The notes under the pieces: model-generated
Database searches by the model: none
Seen by the model: only the letters and a program-made list of their open reading frames with translations
Told to the model about the DNA's origin: nothing
Program-made: the position numbers and the translations under genes
Shown: one piece after another, positions 19,306 through 30,055 of the stretch
Position numbering within the stretch: position 1 is the first letter of the stretch
Layout of the letters: each line of letters starts with the position of its first letter
Source: an uncultured delta proteobacterium
Lineage (GTDB): Bacteria > Desulfobacterota > Desulfomonilia > UBA1062
Assembly (NCBI GenBank): GCA_963752595.1
Contig: CAVVYZ010000017.1
Location: 275,055-339,054, forward strand
Direction of reading: 5' to 3'
DNA length: 64,000 nt

Positions 19306-20148
19306 TTACCCTGCATGTGCATTTTGGGGGATAATGTGCAATACGGCCTCGTTCCATCCGGCAGGCCCTGGGGAGGCGGGTGTGACGACCTGCTGGGACG
19401 GTGAAGGGGTATAGTCCATGAGGGAACCATCAGGCTTTCGGATAACTACCGCGACATCGGCAGAGCGCAGCAGCTCTGCATCGTTGGGGCCGTCGCCCAG
19501 GGCGACCGACGTCCAGGAAATCTCAGGATAGGCATACCGGTAAATTTCCATCACCCTCCGGGCTGCGATTCCCTTATCTGCACTCCCCTGCGCATGGTAG
19601 AGCTTCCCGCCTTCGATAACCGTTATGCCTCTTTCCTTCAGCGTTTCCCTCAGCAATATAAGGTCGGATTTGGATCCCTTGAAGATGAAGGGCTCTGAGA
19701 ATTCGCGCTCTTTTGCCCGGGCAGCGGAATCGGGATCTAATCCGGTGAATCCGGATATCTCCTCTATGGTCATGTCGAAAAACCCTGTTACCGTTGCATT
19801 GCAGAGAGACCAGAGGGACCTGGCTGTGTGCAGGGCATCGATAATCTCTCTATATCTTCTGCCGAGCACTATGACACGGTATCCGCATTTCAGTTCCGCC
19901 TGAATTCCGGGCGGGGGAGCGAAATCCCTGTCCAGGAAGACGGCGCTCCCGTTCTCCACGACGAATACCTTTGAAAGGGAGCGAAGCTCGGTCATGGGCT
20001 CGATCTCGGCTCTGGTCTTGCTTGAGACGATGACAAGCGGGATCCCGTGTTCCCGGATCTTGGTCAATGCGGGCATTGCCTCGCCATACGAGTAGGTATG
20101 ATGGTCGAGGAGCGTAGCATCGAGATCGGTGAAGATGAGGAGGCGCAT
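19306..20148 (-). CDS. mpgP: HAD-IIB hydrolase, mannosyl/glucosyl-3-phosphoglycerate phosphatase family
   Basis: IFTDLDATLLD, SSKTRAE, VENGS, REFSEPF, DKG, ALGDGPND, GPAGWNEA. Confidence 0.85.
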   Translation of the reverse strand: MRLLIFTDLDATLLDHHTYSYGEAMPALTKIREHGIPLVIVSSKTRAEIEPMTELRSLSKVFVVENGSAVFLDRDFAPPPGIQAELKCGYRVIVLGRRYREIIDALHTARSLWSLCNATVTGFFDMTIEEISGFTGLDPDSAARAKEREFSEPFIFKGSKSDLILLRETLKERGITVIEGGKLYHAQGSADKGIAARRVMEIYRYAYPEISWTSVALGDGPNDAELLRSADVAVVIRKPDGSLMDYTPSPSQQVVTPASPGPAGWNEAVLHIIPQNAHAG

Positions 20149-20284
20149 AAGACTCTGCATGTGCAAGGATATTAGCATGTTAAAGGGATATTGTCCAGGG
20201 AACCGGCATCAGAAAGTGAATAGGGAGGATGCGAGGGCGTTTCCTTCCTTGACAGGGGAAGCTTCGCATCGCTACAATCACCTC

Positions 20285-21202
20285 ATGCTCAAGCAAAGCG
20301 CTACTCTTGCAATATTATTTACCGATATTTCGGGCAGTACAAGCCTCTACGAATCTCTCGGGGACGAGAATGCCCACAAGCTCGTGAGTACGTGCATCTC
20401 TGCGCTTTCGGGTGTCGTGTCAGACCACCAGGGCACGGTCATCAAGACTATCGGAGACGGGGTGATGTCGACCTTCGGTAATGCGGAAAAGGCGGTATAT
20501 GCCGCTATTGCGATGCAGAAGGCCCTGGACTCTCTCTTCCTGGTCCTTCAGGAAAAAGAAGTTTCGGTGAATATCCGCATAGGACTCCATTTCGGCCCTG
20601 TTATCAAACAGAACTATGATGTCTTCGGCGATGCTGTGAATGTTGCGGCCAGGATGGTTGCCCTGGCAAAACCGAGACAGATCCTCACGACTCAGAGCAC
20701 CATCGATGAGCTGCCCACTGGCATCGGGATAAGTATCAAGCGAATAGATAAGACCACGATCAAAGGCAAGGGCGGCGAATTTTCCCTCTTCGAGATAGTA
20801 TGGGAAGAGAAGGATCAGACCGTCATGCTCTCCAACGATCCTACCATTCCGGTTATCTATACCCGCCTTCACCTCCTGATGGGGGAGAAAGAACTGTATG
20901 TGGACAGCAGCAGGCCGAGCATAGTCCTGGGAAGGCAGGCACACAACGACCTGGTAGTGAGCGAGGTCACCGCGTCGCGCGTGCATGCCCGCATCGAGTA
21001 CCGCAGGGGGAAGTTCGTCCTCATCGATCAGAGCACAAACGGGACCTGCGTGGCAATGGACGGGAAAAAATCTGCATTTATCCACAATGATGAGGTCGTG
21101 CTCGGCGCCCGGGGATACATCAGCCTCGGCTGCGAGGTGGATGCCTCATCTTCCCAGGCGATCCACTTTGCGTACGAGTACAAAGGCGATAAACAGAGGT
21201 AG
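20285..21202 (+). CDS. Class III adenylate cyclase with C-terminal FHA domain
   Basis: ILFTDISGST, VIKTIGDGVM, DVFGDAVNVAARM, IKGK; FHA motifs LGR, SRVHA, STNGT. Confidence 0.88.
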   Translation: MLKQSATLAILFTDISGSTSLYESLGDENAHKLVSTCISALSGVVSDHQGTVIKTIGDGVMSTFGNAEKAVYAAIAMQKALDSLFLVLQEKEVSVNIRIGLHFGPVIKQNYDVFGDAVNVAARMVALAKPRQILTTQSTIDELPTGIGISIKRIDKTTIKGKGGEFSLFEIVWEEKDQTVMLSNDPTIPVIYTRLHLLMGEKELYVDSSRPSIVLGRQAHNDLVVSEVTASRVHARIEYRRGKFVLIDQSTNGTCVAMDGKKSAFIHNDEVVLGARGYISLGCEVDASSSQAIHFAYEYKGDKQR

Positions 21203-21294
21203 GTAACAGACTCTTGCGATCCGTTTAAATCCCTTGCGAGTTGCCATGCTGAAACAAGTATGGTATTTATGCTCTGAAGATAAGGAGGCGGTAT

Positions 21295-21492
21295 ATGCTC
21301 GGCGGAATAGGCATGACAGAACTGATGATAATCCTGGTAATCGTGCTCGTGATCTTCGGGGCAGGCAAATTACCTGAAGTTGGAAGCGCCCTGGGAAAGG
21401 GAATAAAGAATTTCAAGTCATCCGTGAGCGAAAGCCACGAAGACAAGTCCGTTAAGGGAGATATTGAAGATAAAAGTAAAAAAGACGTGTAA
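21295..21492 (+). CDS. tatA: Twin-arginine translocase TatA/TatE
   Basis: N-terminal TM helix, [22 protein letters not shown]; SD AAGGAGG. Confidence 0.95.
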   Translation: MLGGIGMTELMIILVIVLVIFGAGKLPEVGSALGKGIKNFKSSVSESHEDKSVKGDIEDKSKKDV

Positions 21493-23262
21493 CCTACATT
21501 CCCGAAGATCATAACGATAGGTCTCTAGTAATTTATCGTAACCCACAGATAATTATGAAACAAGTGTGTTTTCTCCTTGCCTTAAGCATCGTTATGTGAG
21601 ATTATAACATAACGATGCTTAAGGGAGGTTTTATGGCCATTGTGCGTCAGCATGACAAAAGATCCGGCATCACCTATGCCTACGAATCAATTTCTCATTG
21701 GGATAAGGAAAAGAAACAATCCCGGGCAAAACGTACCCTGATTGGTCGAGTGGATGACAGCACCGGAGAGATTATTCCGACCAAAGCAACAAACAGACCG
21801 AAAGGGATTACCACCCCGATGGCTGCCAAGAGAGGCCCTGCTCCAAGCACGGAAACCTCCCGGAAATTCTACGGTGCCACCTACCTCCTTGATACCCTTG
21901 GCCAAAAGGCTTGGACTTGTTTCGGATTTGAAGCAGTGTTTTCCTCACAGCTATAAGCAAATCATCTCACTTGCCTACTATCTGATTCTTGAGGCAGACA
22001 GCCCTTTGAGTCGCTTTCCGAAATGGTCTTCATTGCATCTACATCCATACATGCAAGATATTCCATCCCAGAGAAGCAGTGAACTCTTTGCCTCCATCAC
22101 AGAAGAGGATCGCTATCGATTCTTCCAACTCCAGGCAGCCGGCGCTGTGAGAAGGAATACTGGGCCTACGACATCACCTCTGTATCAAGTTACTCGGAGT
22201 GCCTGAAGCAGATCAGGTACGGAATGAGCAAGGAACACGATCATCTGGCGCAGCTCAATCTGGCCCTTGTATTTGGCCGGGAATCAAGCCTGCCGTTTTA
22301 TTACCGCAAGCTGCCGGGAAACATCACCGATGTCAAAACAGTCAGGAACATGTTGGCAGACATGGACTTCCTGAACCTGCAAAAGGTTCATCTGGTCATG
22401 GATCGGGGATTTTACAGCGCCGAAAACATCAATGAATTGTACAAAGAGCACCACAAATTTCTCATTGGAGCCAAGCTTTCTTTGAAGCTTGTAAAAGAGC
22501 AGTTGGATAGCGTTCGTCATTCTTTGCGTGAATGGACAAATTACTGCGAGAACCATGAAGTATTTGCTACTATGCGTTCCCATGAAATGGGACTATGCCC
22601 AGGAGCGTCCCAATAAAGGGGATACCATCCGGGAAGAGCGAAGGATGTACCTTCACCTTTATTTCAACAGCGAGCGGGCTGCCGAAGATGAGCAAAGACT
22701 AACGCGACGCTTGCTGGCACTCCGGAAGGAACTGCAGACTGGCGAAATGAAGCCCGAGAACTCAAAGCTCTATGATAAATACTTTGAAATCCATGAGACA
22801 CCAGCAAGAGGTATCACGGTCATAGCCAGACAAGAGGCAATAGATGAGGCCAGAAAAAATTATGGTTACTTTGCGCTTGTCAGCAATGAAATCAAAGACC
22901 CAATCAAGGCGCTTGATATCTACCGCAACAAGGATCTGGTAGAAAAGGCGTTTGGCAATCTTAAGGAGCGCCTGAGCATGCGAAGGTTGCTGGTTTCGTC
23001 GGAGCAATCACTGGATGGGAAATTGTTCGTGCAATTCGTGGCTCTGATATATTTGTCCTGTATCAAAAAAGTGATGCAGGAAAACAAGCTTGTTTGGCAA
23101 GTACACTCTTCAAGGCTTGCTGGATCAATTTGATGTGATCGAATGCTTTGGCAGGCCCGGAAAAGACATGCGTGTGGGCGAAATCACCAAGAAACAACAG
23201 GAACTCTACGAAGTTCTCGGTGTGGTTCCGCCTTCATCGTTATGAAGTAGCGGGAATCCAGG
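21493..23262 (+). mobile_element. IS1634-family insertion sequence (1770 bp)
   Basis: Imperfect TIRs CCTACATTCCCGAAGATCATAACGAT (left) and, reverse-complemented, CCTGGATTCCCGCTACTTCATAACGAT (right). 6-bp direct repeat GTGTAA at 21487-21492 and 23263-23268. Confidence 0.88.
21633..23245 (+). pseudogene. IS1634-family DDE transposase, split by several frameshifts
   Basis: Fragments: GITYAYES..WDKEKKQSR.KR..IG; YDITS; PGNITDV, VMDRGFYS; YRNKDLVEKAFGNLK, GKLFVQFVAL. Confidence 0.85.
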
Positions 23263-23400
23263 GTGTAAGGACTCCTTCCTGCAAGAGGAATTTCATAGGT
23301 TGTCTTTTTAGTTGACTTTTTTTGATACTGACCGGGTGTGTTCTTCCCCGGCATTTCTCTGTGAAGATATTTTCTTTGTGAACGTAAATAGGTGTATGTA

Positions 23401-23426
23401 TAAAAATGCCCCCTTAAGTGGGGGCA
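23401..23426 (-). terminator. Intrinsic terminator after ptsN
   Basis: TGCCCCC / GGGGGCA stem followed by a T-run on the minus strand. Confidence 0.6.
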
Positions 23427-23450
23427 CGGAAAATCTTGAACTCGTCTTTT

Positions 23451-23915
23451 TTATTCGTCGAGTTTGTTGTCGTACTCGATGAGAATCCTGTAAATCTTAT
23501 CCGTGGATTCTGCCCCGATCAAGCTCTCACGCAAACCGGGATTTTTCAGCAGCATCGAGGCCCGGGCGAGTGCCTTGAGATGGCCGCTCACCGAGTTGCT
23601 GGGCGCTACCAGGAGAAAGAATATGTGGCATGGCTTCGAATCCAGGGCATCGAACTTGAGCCCGGCCTTGCTTTTCCCCACGGAGCCGGCGATTGTTTTC
23701 AAGCCCGGGATCTTGCCGTGGGGGATGGCGATGCCTTCGCCGATCCCCGTGGAACCGAGCTTTTCCCTGGCAAGGAGCACATCGACCAGCTCATCGAGGG
23801 CGATCCCGTATTCATGCGCAATGGGCCGGGAAAGCTCGGTAAGGATATCCTTCTTGGTCTTCCCCGTAACTTCGGGGAGAACGCATTCAGGCTTCAGTAT
23901 ATCTTCGATTTTCAT
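23451..23915 (-). CDS. ptsN: PTS IIA-like nitrogen regulatory protein
   Basis: REKLGSTGIGEGIAIPHGK; follows rpoN-hpf. Confidence 0.92.
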   Translation of the reverse strand: MKIEDILKPECVLPEVTGKTKKDILTELSRPIAHEYGIALDELVDVLLAREKLGSTGIGEGIAIPHGKIPGLKTIAGSVGKSKAGLKFDALDSKPCHIFFLLVAPSNSVSGHLKALARASMLLKNPGLRESLIGAESTDKIYRILIEYDNKLDE

Positions 23916-24439
23916 ACCATGGGCTCAACAAGTCCGAGGTCTCCATCCTGCCTTTTATAGAGCAGATTGATCCGATTTGATCCGGTATTCTGGAAAAGGA
24001 TGAAATCGTTTTTCGACACATCGAGCTGGAGGGCTGCTTCATCGACACTCATAGGCTTGATGAAGTAGTCCTTCTCATAGACAATCTTGGAGGATTTAGC
24101 CTTTTCTTCCGATTCTGCTGCCGCACCTGCAAACTGGGTCTTGGCCTGCCCTTTCTTACCCTGGATCTTTTCTTTATGTTTTTTGACCTGCCGCTCCAGC
24201 TTGTCCATCACCATGTCGATTGCAGAATACAAGTCCTCGGTAATCTCTATTGCATTGATTGCCACCCCGTCGGCGCTTAAGGTTACATCGGCGATATGGC
24301 GCCTTTTTTCCACCGAGAGCACCACATGGATCTCAGATGGTTTGTCAACATACTTATCTAATTTTGATAATCTTTTTGAAGCGTATTCTTTGAGTGCATC
24401 CGTGGAATCGATATTCTTGAAGGTGATGTCTAACTGCAT
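23912..24439 (-). CDS. hpf: Ribosome hibernation promoting factor (long form)
   Basis: DLYSAID...KLERQ, KPMSVDEA, YKRQDG; follows rpoN. Confidence 0.92.
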   Translation of the reverse strand: MQLDITFKNIDSTDALKEYASKRLSKLDKYVDKPSEIHVVLSVEKRRHIADVTLSADGVAINAIEITEDLYSAIDMVMDKLERQVKKHKEKIQGKKGQAKTQFAGAAAESEEKAKSSKIVYEKDYFIKPMSVDEAALQLDVSKNDFILFQNTGSNRINLLYKRQDGDLGLVEPMV

Positions 24440-24469
24440 ACTGGCTCCTCCTTTTGTTTACAGAGTTAA

Positions 24470-25855
24470 TTAATAATGTTTCTTCCTTCGATTTGAAGGA
24501 ACGATACCAAGCAGCTCTCTGTATTTCGCAACTGTCCTCCTCGCTATCTTCACTCCCTTGACTTTCAGCTTCTGGGCAATGGCCTGATCGCTCAAGGGGT
24601 GACGTGCATCTTCGGACTTGATAATACCTTCAATCTCGTTTTTTACGCTCTGGGATGCGACGAAACTGCCATCGCTCCTCGAAATACCGCTGTTGAAGAA
24701 ATACTTGAGCTCAAAGGTCCCCTGGGGGGTGTGCACATATTTATTCGATGTGACCCTGCTTATGGTCGATTCATGCATGCCCACATCATCCGCCACGTCC
24801 CTTAAGACAAGCGGTTTGAGATGGGTGATCCCCTCTTCCAGGAAATCATGCTGGAATTTCACGATGCTTTCCGTTACCTTGCACAGGGTGTTCTGCCTCT
24901 GCTGAATGCTCTTCAGCAGCCATTGGGCTGATTTGAAGCAATCGGAAAGGTACCCTTTGGTAACCTTGCCCATACAGTCGGATGACATCATTCTCTGGTA
25001 TTCCCTGTTGAGTTTCAATACCGGGATATCCTCTTCATTGAGCACCACGACGAACTCGCCTTCCATCTTCACGACATAGATATCCGGCACGATGTACTGG
25101 GGAGGCTCGTCCGCATAATCCCGTGCAGGCCTGGGCTCCATGTTGATGATGATCTGCGCTGCGGTGGAAACCTCTTCCACGGTAGCTCCGAGTTCATGTG
25201 CTATCTTGTCGTAGTTCTTTGTCTGGAGATCTTCAAGGTGTGAATCGATCATCCTCCATACGAGCGTGTCTTCGAGATCGAGGATCCTTGCCTGGATGCG
25301 AAGGCAGTCTCTCAAGTCCCGCGCCCCGATCCCGGGCGGGTCGAAGCTCTGCACCTTGGTGAGGGTTGATTCTACAACCTCTTTTAGAGTCCCGGTCGCC
25401 GCGCATACGGCATCCGTATCCATATTGAAGTAGCCGTTGTGGTCCAGATTGCCGATAATAAATATCCCCACCTCGCGCTCTTTTTCCGAGAAATCATTCA
25501 TCCTGAGCTGCCAGAAGAGATGATCATAGAGGCCTTCCGGCTTTGTTGCAGAGGACTCGAATGACGGCCGCTCTTCATCGTCATAATAGGGGATATTGTC
25601 CTGCCCATAGGTTTCAAGATACGCATCCCACTTCCATTTCAGCAACTCATCGCGCTCTTTCTGCAGGCGTTGCGATTCCGCATCCCGGAATGACGTGGTT
25701 TCCGATTCGAGAAGAGGGTTTGACTGGAGTTCTTCAGTGATATACTCCTGGAGTTCGACTCGAGAGAGTTGCAGCAGCTTGATCGCCTGCTGAAGCTGCG
25801 GCGTCATGATGAGTTGCTGTGAAAGCTTGAGATGCTGCTTAAGCTCCAATGCCAT
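24470..25855 (-). CDS. rpoN: RNA polymerase sigma-54 factor
   Basis: MTPQLQQAIKLLQL, HESTISRVT, RpoN box ARRTVAKYRE. Confidence 0.97.
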   Translation of the reverse strand: MALELKQHLKLSQQLIMTPQLQQAIKLLQLSRVELQEYITEELQSNPLLESETTSFRDAESQRLQKERDELLKWKWDAYLETYGQDNIPYYDDEERPSFESSATKPEGLYDHLFWQLRMNDFSEKEREVGIFIIGNLDHNGYFNMDTDAVCAATGTLKEVVESTLTKVQSFDPPGIGARDLRDCLRIQARILDLEDTLVWRMIDSHLEDLQTKNYDKIAHELGATVEEVSTAAQIIINMEPRPARDYADEPPQYIVPDIYVVKMEGEFVVVLNEEDIPVLKLNREYQRMMSSDCMGKVTKGYLSDCFKSAQWLLKSIQQRQNTLCKVTESIVKFQHDFLEEGITHLKPLVLRDVADDVGMHESTISRVTSNKYVHTPQGTFELKYFFNSGISRSDGSFVASQSVKNEIEGIIKSEDARHPLSDQAIAQKLKVKGVKIARRTVAKYRELLGIVPSNRRKKHY

Positions 25856-25867
25856 GCAATGCTCCTC

Positions 25868-26599
25868 TCACGATAGCGTAAAGTCTTTCCCTACGTATAT
25901 CTGTTTTACCTGTTCGTTCTCAACAACCTTTTCAGGCGTCCCTTCCTCAATCACAAGCCCCTGGTGGATAATGTAGGCCCTGTCGCATATTTTTAACGTT
26001 TCTTTCACATTATGGTCTGTAATAATGACACCAATTCCCTTGCTTTTCAAGTTCACGATCATATCCTGAATATCCTTGACCGTGATTGGATCGATGCCGG
26101 CAAAAGGCTCGTCGAGGAGGAGATAAAGGGGATCGAGGGCCATTGCCCGTGCAATCTCCACCCTGCGTCGTTCCCCGCCCGAGAGCGAGACTGCCATGTG
26201 CTTCCTGACATGCTCGAGCCCGAAAACAGAGATGATCTCGTCCCGTTTCTGCCGCATGGCAGGCCCTTTCAGGCCTTTTGCCTCCAGAGGCACCGAAATG
26301 TTGTCTTCGACGCTTAACCCCCTGAACACAGACGGCTCCTGCGGAAGATATCCGATCCCCTTCTTTGCCCTGCCCGAGAGATCAAAGGAGGTGATTTCGT
26401 TCTCGCCGAGGAGGACCCTGCCTTTGTCGGGACGGATGAGCCCCACGATCATGTAAAACGTCGTGGTCTTTCCCGCACCGTTTGGACCCAGCAGACCGAT
26501 GATCTCACCCCGGCTGCACTCGAGGTCCAGCCCTTTGATGATGCGGCTTTTCCCGAAGCTTTTCTCAAGCTTACTCGCAGTGAGCTTTACTTCTTCCAT
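25868..26599 (-). CDS. lptB: LPS export ABC transporter ATPase
   Basis: GPNGAGKTTTFY, YLPQEPSVF, LSGGERRRVEIAR, LDEPFAGIDP, ITDHNV. Confidence 0.95.
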   Translation of the reverse strand: MEEVKLTASKLEKSFGKSRIIKGLDLECSRGEIIGLLGPNGAGKTTTFYMIVGLIRPDKGRVLLGENEITSFDLSGRAKKGIGYLPQEPSVFRGLSVEDNISVPLEAKGLKGPAMRQKRDEIISVFGLEHVRKHMAVSLSGGERRRVEIARAMALDPLYLLLDEPFAGIDPITVKDIQDMIVNLKSKGIGVIITDHNVKETLKICDRAYIIHQGLVIEEGTPEKVVENEQVKQIYVGKDFTLS

Positions 26600-27105
26600 T
26601 CCAGCACCCCGGTTTCCGACCCGCTGTTTACCCTCATCTTCACGCGGCCGCTTTTCCCGCTTTCCACGACTTGATGGTCCTTTATCATGTCGATCAGTAT
26701 CTTCTGTCCCGAGACCTTCTCCTGCCCTCTGGTTATGATCGCGTTTCCGGTGAGTTCGAGATTTTTGTCCGGAAGGGTATAGACGGCTCTGTCACAGGTG
26801 GATTCCTTATCCTCCCATTTGATGTAGACGTTCTTCTCTACGATCATTTTGTTGACCTTTTTGGTGGTATTATCGATAAACAGGGTCAGGGTTGCACCCT
26901 TGATAATGGTATTCCCTTGTACCGCCTTCACGTTCCCCTGGAAAACCGCCTCTCCTTTGGCTTTGTTCACGTCCAATCTGTCGGCCTCTACATCGATCAT
27001 ATCGGTAGCGGCTGTCCTCGTCTTTAGCTCGGCAGCGGTGAGCTGCAAAGCGAGGCAGATGCAGGTGATGCTAATTATAAAAAACGTCTTGAGAAATCTT
27101 TGCAT
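26587..27105 (-). CDS. lptA: LPS transport periplasmic protein
   Basis: Signal peptide, OstA-like beta-jellyroll (IDVEADRL, FQGNVKAVQG, GRVK); between lptC and lptB. Confidence 0.85.
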   Translation of the reverse strand: MQRFLKTFFIISITCICLALQLTAAELKTRTAATDMIDVEADRLDVNKAKGEAVFQGNVKAVQGNTIIKGATLTLFIDNTTKKVNKMIVEKNVYIKWEDKESTCDRAVYTLPDKNLELTGNAIITRGQEKVSGQKILIDMIKDHQVVESGKSGRVKMRVNSGSETGVLEWKK

Positions 27106-27622
27106 GTACGTTTCCTGCGAGCTGTATGCGGCTGAAATCATCGAAGAACTCAGCCTGGTTTGCCCGGATCGTCCCTTTCTCCCCCTGTACCGTGACGGGT
27201 TTGCGGGTGACGGCGTGGTCGGCCTTTCGATCCCAGACGACATCCGTCAGGTCGGCCTTCCATCCGTCAGGGGTGATAATGGTTACCGGGCCGATGATAT
27301 TGAGCCGGGAAGCATCCGTATCGTATTGTGCACGGCCGCCAGAGATCTCCAATCCGTCGGTGCGGTCAACGGTGAACTCTTTCATGATAAAGGTGCTGTT
27401 GGATTCCTGTGTAATGATCTTGGCCCGGATGACGAAATCCTTATCCGACCCCAGCCTCTTTTCGTGCATCACGATGTTTTTCGCCGTTCGCAAGACCTGC
27501 AGCGGCTGGTCTTCCTGAAGCTGAGACTGCTTTCCCAAAGGAGCATCATCCCTGTTCAGGAAATAGATGCCGGCGGTGATGAGCGAGATGATGAAGAGCA
27601 TTCCGAGAAGTCTAGCCGACAT
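27071..27622 (-). CDS. lptC: LPS export protein LptC
   Basis: N-terminal TM helix plus beta-rich domain ending LAGNVHA; synteny. Confidence 0.78.
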   Translation of the reverse strand: MSARLLGMLFIISLITAGIYFLNRDDAPLGKQSQLQEDQPLQVLRTAKNIVMHEKRLGSDKDFVIRAKIITQESNSTFIMKEFTVDRTDGLEISGGRAQYDTDASRLNIIGPVTIITPDGWKADLTDVVWDRKADHAVTRKPVTVQGEKGTIRANQAEFFDDFSRIQLAGNVHAKISQDVFYN

Positions 27623-28121
27623 AGCGTTCCATCACTGTATCGAACAGTCCTAACCGCTTGAGGAGCAGTTCCGCAGCCTCCCGGACCGCACCGTGGCCCC
27701 CGGGAAGCTTGGTGACTACATCCACCCGCTCCTTGACCATATCCACCGCATCGCTGGGGGCAAGGCTTAAGGCGCACAGGGCCATTGCGGGAAGGTCCAC
27801 TACGTCATCCCCCATGTACGCCATTTCACCGGGATCGAGTCCTATTTTCTTCGCAAAATCGAGCAGGGCCGCTTTCTTGTCCTTTGCACCCTGGACCAGG
27901 TGTTCGATCTTAAGATCCTTTGCCCTGTGTTCGAGGGCCTTGGAGAACCTTCCCGTGATGATGGCGACCCCGACTCCTGCCCGCATGAGGAGCTTGAGCC
28001 CGTGGCCGTCTTTGGTATTGAATGACTTGAGCTCTTGGCCGTCGTCCGTATAGGTAATCCGAGAATCGGTCAGCACGCCGTCGGCATCCAGGATAAGGTA
28101 CTTTATTGCGTTGTTGTTCAT
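27612..28121 (-). CDS. kdsC: KDO 8-phosphate phosphatase
   Basis: LDADGVLTD, FNTKDGHG, ITGR, YMGDDVVD, GGHGAVRE. Confidence 0.93.
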   Translation of the reverse strand: MNNNAIKYLILDADGVLTDSRITYTDDGQELKSFNTKDGHGLKLLMRAGVGVAIITGRFSKALEHRAKDLKIEHLVQGAKDKKAALLDFAKKIGLDPGEMAYMGDDVVDLPAMALCALSLAPSDAVDMVKERVDVVTKLPGGHGAVREAAELLLKRLGLFDTVMERYVG

Positions 28122-28930
28122 TTCACGATCCTCTGGATCTCGGACAGCTTCCTGAGAAGGGGCTCCAGCTCTCCAAGAGGCAGCGAATTCGGACCGTCGC
28201 TCAAGGCACGGTCGGGATCATCATGCACCTCCATGAAGAGGGCATCCACACCGAAGGCAACCCCTGCCCGCGCCAGTGACGGAATAAATTCCCGGTTTCC
28301 GCCCGAAGAATCGCCTTTTCCTCCAGGCAGCTGCAGGCTGTGGGTGACGTCCAGGACGACCGGTCTCCCCAGCGACCTCATGATCCCGAGGCTCCTTAAG
28401 TCGCACACGAGGTTGTTGTATCCGAAGAATGACCCCCTTTCCGTCAGGAGGATCTTTTCGTTCCCGGTGGTTTCGACTTTCTTCACGGCATGGTCCATAT
28501 CCCACGGTGCCATGTACTGACCTTTTTTGATATTTATAGGCAGTCCGGTTTTTCCTGCAGAAATGAGAAGATCGGTCTGCCTGCAGAGGAAGGCTGGGAT
28601 CTGGATGAGATCCGCCACCCCCGCTGCAGCGGCAGCCTGGGATGCATCGTGGATATCCGTGGTAACGGGTACGCCGAAGTCGGCCTTGATCCCGGCAAGG
28701 ATCTCGAGGCCTGCCTCGATTCCAGGCCCCCGGTAGGAGTGAGCCGAGGACCGGTTTGCCTTATCGAACGAGGCCTTGAAAATGAACGGCGTTTTCGTCC
28801 GGGACGTTATCTCAAGGAGGGACTCTGCCATAAAGCGTGCGTGATCCCTCGACTCGATCACGCACGGCCCTGCAATGAGCACCAGATCCCCTGAACCGAT
28901 CGGTATCGTTCCTACGATAACCGGCTGCAT
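28118..28930 (-). CDS. kdsA: KDO 8-phosphate synthase
   Basis: IAGPCVIES, KASFDKANRSS, QIPAFLCRQTDL, LSDGPN. Confidence 0.95.
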   Translation of the reverse strand: MQPVIVGTIPIGSGDLVLIAGPCVIESRDHARFMAESLLEITSRTKTPFIFKASFDKANRSSAHSYRGPGIEAGLEILAGIKADFGVPVTTDIHDASQAAAAAGVADLIQIPAFLCRQTDLLISAGKTGLPINIKKGQYMAPWDMDHAVKKVETTGNEKILLTERGSFFGYNNLVCDLRSLGIMRSLGRPVVLDVTHSLQLPGGKGDSSGGNREFIPSLARAGVAFGVDALFMEVHDDPDRALSDGPNSLPLGELEPLLRKLSEIQRIVK

Positions 28931-29247
28931 GGCACTCCCTTCGGTGATCGTACGCCGACCCGGCTTCTCTGTACTGCTTCCGACCGTATTGTTGCTGCAT
29001 GATCCCAATGAGGGACATGGCAGCAGAGCATCCCATTCTCATAGTTTCCCATGTAAAAAGATTTATCCCATGGCACCGAGGGGTGTCAAGCAAGATACGG
29101 TGTAGTGCTAGCAAATGCCCTGCCATTCTGGATGGACCATGAGGCCGGGCTGACCTCCAGGCAAATGAAGTTTTTCAACATGCTGGCAATCGCGGTCGTT
29201 TTGGTTTACTAAATAAATCCAGCACGTATCAGGAGGATATCAAGAAT

Positions 29248-30054
29248 ATGAGCAGCAATGTTGCATCGAATGTCTGGAAATCTCTCGAGAACATCAGGGC
29301 CAAGTCCCCTGTTGTCCATAACATCACCAACTATGTGGTCATGAACAGCACGGCCAATGCCCTCCTTGCCGTCGGGGCTTCGCCGGTTATGGCCCATGCG
29401 GGAGAAGAGGTATCCGACATGGTGGGAATCGCATCCGCTCTGGTCATCAACATCGGGACCTTAAGCAAGGAGTGGGTACAGTCCATGTTCCGTGCAGCAG
29501 AGCAGGCGAAGAAGCGCCGCATCCCCATCCTTCTCGATCCTGTGGGCGCCGGGGCCACTCCCTATCGCACCGCGACAGCCAGGGATTTGGTTAAGGAATT
29601 CAGGCCGGAAATCATACGGGGAAACGCCTCGGAGGTCATGGCCGTGTATGAGGATGCGGCAAAAACCAAAGGGGTCGACAGCTCGGAAGCTTCCGATACG
29701 GCCGTGGCTGCTGCCCGCAGCATCCATGAGGCCTACGGTTCGGTTGTGTGCATCAGCGGGGGAACGGATTACGTGGTCGGCAGAGACAGGATTGTAAAAA
29801 TTCATAACGGCCATCCCATGATGACCCGCGTGACGGGGATGGGCTGTGCTGCGACAGCGCTGTGCGGTGCTTTTGCAGCCGTCGAGGATGATTATATCCG
29901 GGCTGCGGCACATGCCATGGCAATCATGGGCATTGCAGGCGAGATCGCGGCAGAAGGAGCAGGCGGGCCCGGCACGCTGCAGGTGCGTTTTTTCGATACC
30001 CTCTATCGTTTGACCATAGGAGATATCGATACCCGCTTGAAGATGGAGTATTGA
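29248..30054 (+). CDS. thiM: Hydroxyethylthiazole kinase
   Basis: VHNITNYVVMN, GASPVMA, LDPVGAGAT, RGNASE, VTGMGC. Confidence 0.95.
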   Translation: MSSNVASNVWKSLENIRAKSPVVHNITNYVVMNSTANALLAVGASPVMAHAGEEVSDMVGIASALVINIGTLSKEWVQSMFRAAEQAKKRRIPILLDPVGAGATPYRTATARDLVKEFRPEIIRGNASEVMAVYEDAAKTKGVDSSEASDTAVAAARSIHEAYGSVVCISGGTDYVVGRDRIVKIHNGHPMMTRVTGMGCAATALCGAFAAVEDDYIRAAAHAMAIMGIAGEIAAEGAGGPGTLQVRFFDTLYRLTIGDIDTRLKMEY

Positions 30055-30055
30055 C

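Noticed and set aside
29010-29247. Expected TPP riboswitch upstream of thiM-thiE
   Set aside because: No CTGAGA or ACCTGA...TAAT...GGGA core motifs are visible.
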